55,945 nucleotides of DNA from Eubacteriales bacterium (GTDB lineage Bacteria; Bacillota; Clostridia; Oscillospirales; CAG-272). A program made the position numbers and the translations under genes. Shown piece by piece: positions 54,907-55,945 of this stretch. The notes under the pieces were generated by a model. It ran no database searches. It was not told the origin of the DNA and worked only from the letters and a program-made list of their open reading frames with translations. The stretch's first letter is position 1. Each line of letters begins with the position of its first letter. Location of the stretch: positions 1 through 55,945 of the forward strand of contig JAZRQR010000062.1 of NCBI GenBank assembly GCA_045650025.1. Reading direction: 5' to 3'.

Positions 54907-55584
54907 ATGCATACCTCTCAAAAAACACAGCGGCTGACCGTCAGCGCCATCATGCTGGCAACCGCCACCGTGCTCGCAGCCATTTGCGCGCTCATTCCCT
55001 TTTTGCACCTGCCCTTTGGCGGCGGCTTTACCGTGGCAAGCATGTTGCCCGTGGTGCTCATCGCCTACATGTACGGCACCGGATGGGGCTTGTTTTCGGC
55101 ATTCACCTATTCGGTCATTCAGATCCTGCTGGATCTGATGTCGGGCAAGGGCTCTTTACTGATGGGCTATTTCCTGCCCACAAGTGAGGACTACATGGGC
55201 GCAGGCGTTGCCATCGGCATTCTGGTGCTGGATTATTTCGTTGCCTATACCGCCTTAGGTCTGGGCGGCGTACTGCGCGGCAAGCTGCCCAAAACGCCTG
55301 CCATAGTGCTGGGCGTCATCCTTGCACTTGGCGCACGCTATGCGGTACACGTCGTATCGGGATATTTGTTCTTTGGCACGTGGGCGGAATGGTTCTTTAC
55401 ACAGGAGGGCTTCTACGCCATCGGCAATGTGATTCTGAACGCCTTTAGCGGACAGCTGCTGGCAGTGGTGTACTCGATCTTCTACAACGGTCTTTACATG
55501 ATCCCCGAAATCGTCATCACGGCAATCTGCGCCTCGGGTGTGTCGTTTATCCCCTATATTAAAAAGTATGACGTGAAAGGTTGA
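54907..55584 (+). CDS. thiT: Thiamine transporter S-component (ECF ThiT-like)
   Basis: Trimmed to the ATG at 54907 (RBS AAAGGAGGAGG). ~6 TM helices. Sits behind the TPP riboswitch. C-terminal FFGTWAEWF...AIGNVILNAFSG resembles ThiT. Confidence 0.75.
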   Translation: MHTSQKTQRLTVSAIMLATATVLAAICALIPFLHLPFGGGFTVASMLPVVLIAYMYGTGWGLFSAFTYSVIQILLDLMSGKGSLLMGYFLPTSEDYMGAGVAIGILVLDYFVAYTALGLGGVLRGKLPKTPAIVLGVILALGARYAVHVVSGYLFFGTWAEWFFTQEGFYAIGNVILNAFSGQLLAVVYSIFYNGLYMIPEIVITAICASGVSFIPYIKKYDVKG

Positions 55585-55609
55585 CTTTTCGTCAACATTA
55601 TGCTATAAT
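55581..55609 (+). promoter_or_regulatory. Sigma-A type promoter for rnpB
   Basis: TTGACT, 17 nt, TGcTATAAT. The -35 overlaps the thiT stop codon. Confidence 0.65.
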
Positions 55610-55615
55610 CACTCT

Positions 55616-55945
55616 GCAGCTTTGCTAAACGGCCGCGCCGTATGTTGCCGAAAGGTATTACGGTGAGGAAAGTCCGGGCTTTACAGGGCAAGGGTAGCTG
55701 ATAACGTCAGCCGCGGGTAACCGCCGGGAAAGTGCAACAGAAATAAACCGCCGTGCAAACGGTAAGGATGGAAAGGCGAGGTAAGAGCTCACCCACTCCT
55801 ATGGTAACATAGGTTTGCTGTAAACCCTACACAAAGCAACACCGTTCGGGGTATGTCTGCCCGACAGCCGCAAGGACCCGATGGGTGGCACGAACGCGAA
55901 AGCGTTCGGAGCTTTCTGGCGACAGGGAGCAAAGATAGATGGCCG
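55616..55945 (+). ncRNA. rnpB: RNase P RNA, bacterial class A, truncated at the 3' end by the window edge
   Basis: GAGGAAAGTCCGGGC (55665..55679), AGTGCAACAGAAATAAACCGCC, GGTAAGAGCTCACC and AAGATAGATGGCC correspond to conserved RNase P class A blocks. Roughly the last 40-50 nt are missing. Confidence 0.88.

Noticed and set aside
1-55945. Search for mobile elements, defence systems, toxin-antitoxin pairs, a DGR or biosynthetic clusters
   Set aside because: No transposase, integrase, reverse transcriptase, restriction/modification, Cas, nuclease-ATPase pair or biosynthetic enzyme signatures were seen in any frame. The accessory content consists of surface lipoproteins and secreted proteins only.

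Overview
GC-rich chromosomal segment. Gene content and order suggest a Gram-positive, spore-forming Clostridia-type organism (inference only, no search run). About two thirds is a conserved housekeeping core. On the minus strand: rsfS-yqeK-nadD-yhbY, rdgB-ftsY-smc-radical SAM-rnc (linked by overlapping stop/start codons), trmFO-topA-dprA, and a TrmH-family methyltransferase with rplT-rpmI-infC. On the plus strand: lon-engB, lysA, an M50 protease, scpA-scpB, DUF2953-ytfJ, a DD-carboxypeptidase and rluB. Further right are fadD-like, tpiA-pgk, a TPP riboswitch with thiT, and a 3'-truncated RNase P RNA. Embedded in this core are accessory blocks rich in predicted surface proteins. Nine CDS carry an L-[AVM]-A-C lipobox. 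They include five ~490-505 aa solute-binding-protein-like lipoproteins with no transporter genes in the window, a 1262-aa LTD-CotH-RCC1 lipoprotein, and a 1066-aa beta-helix lipoprotein. Two further secreted proteins have a Cys-containing C-terminal anchor. I found no mobile element genes, CRISPR array, tRNA/rRNA genes or recognisable defence system. The least explained signals are non-coding or very small: (i) a regular array of hairpins joined by GAA linkers between engB and lysA; (ii) a 43-bp-arm inverted repeat in a ~390-bp gene-free gap; (iii) a promoter-plus-terminator unit upstream of lon that looks like an unannotated ~180-nt sRNA; (iv) a 40-codon membrane micro-ORF translationally coupled to a membrane protein. 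All functional calls rest on motif recognition by eye and should be confirmed by HMM and covariance-model searches.
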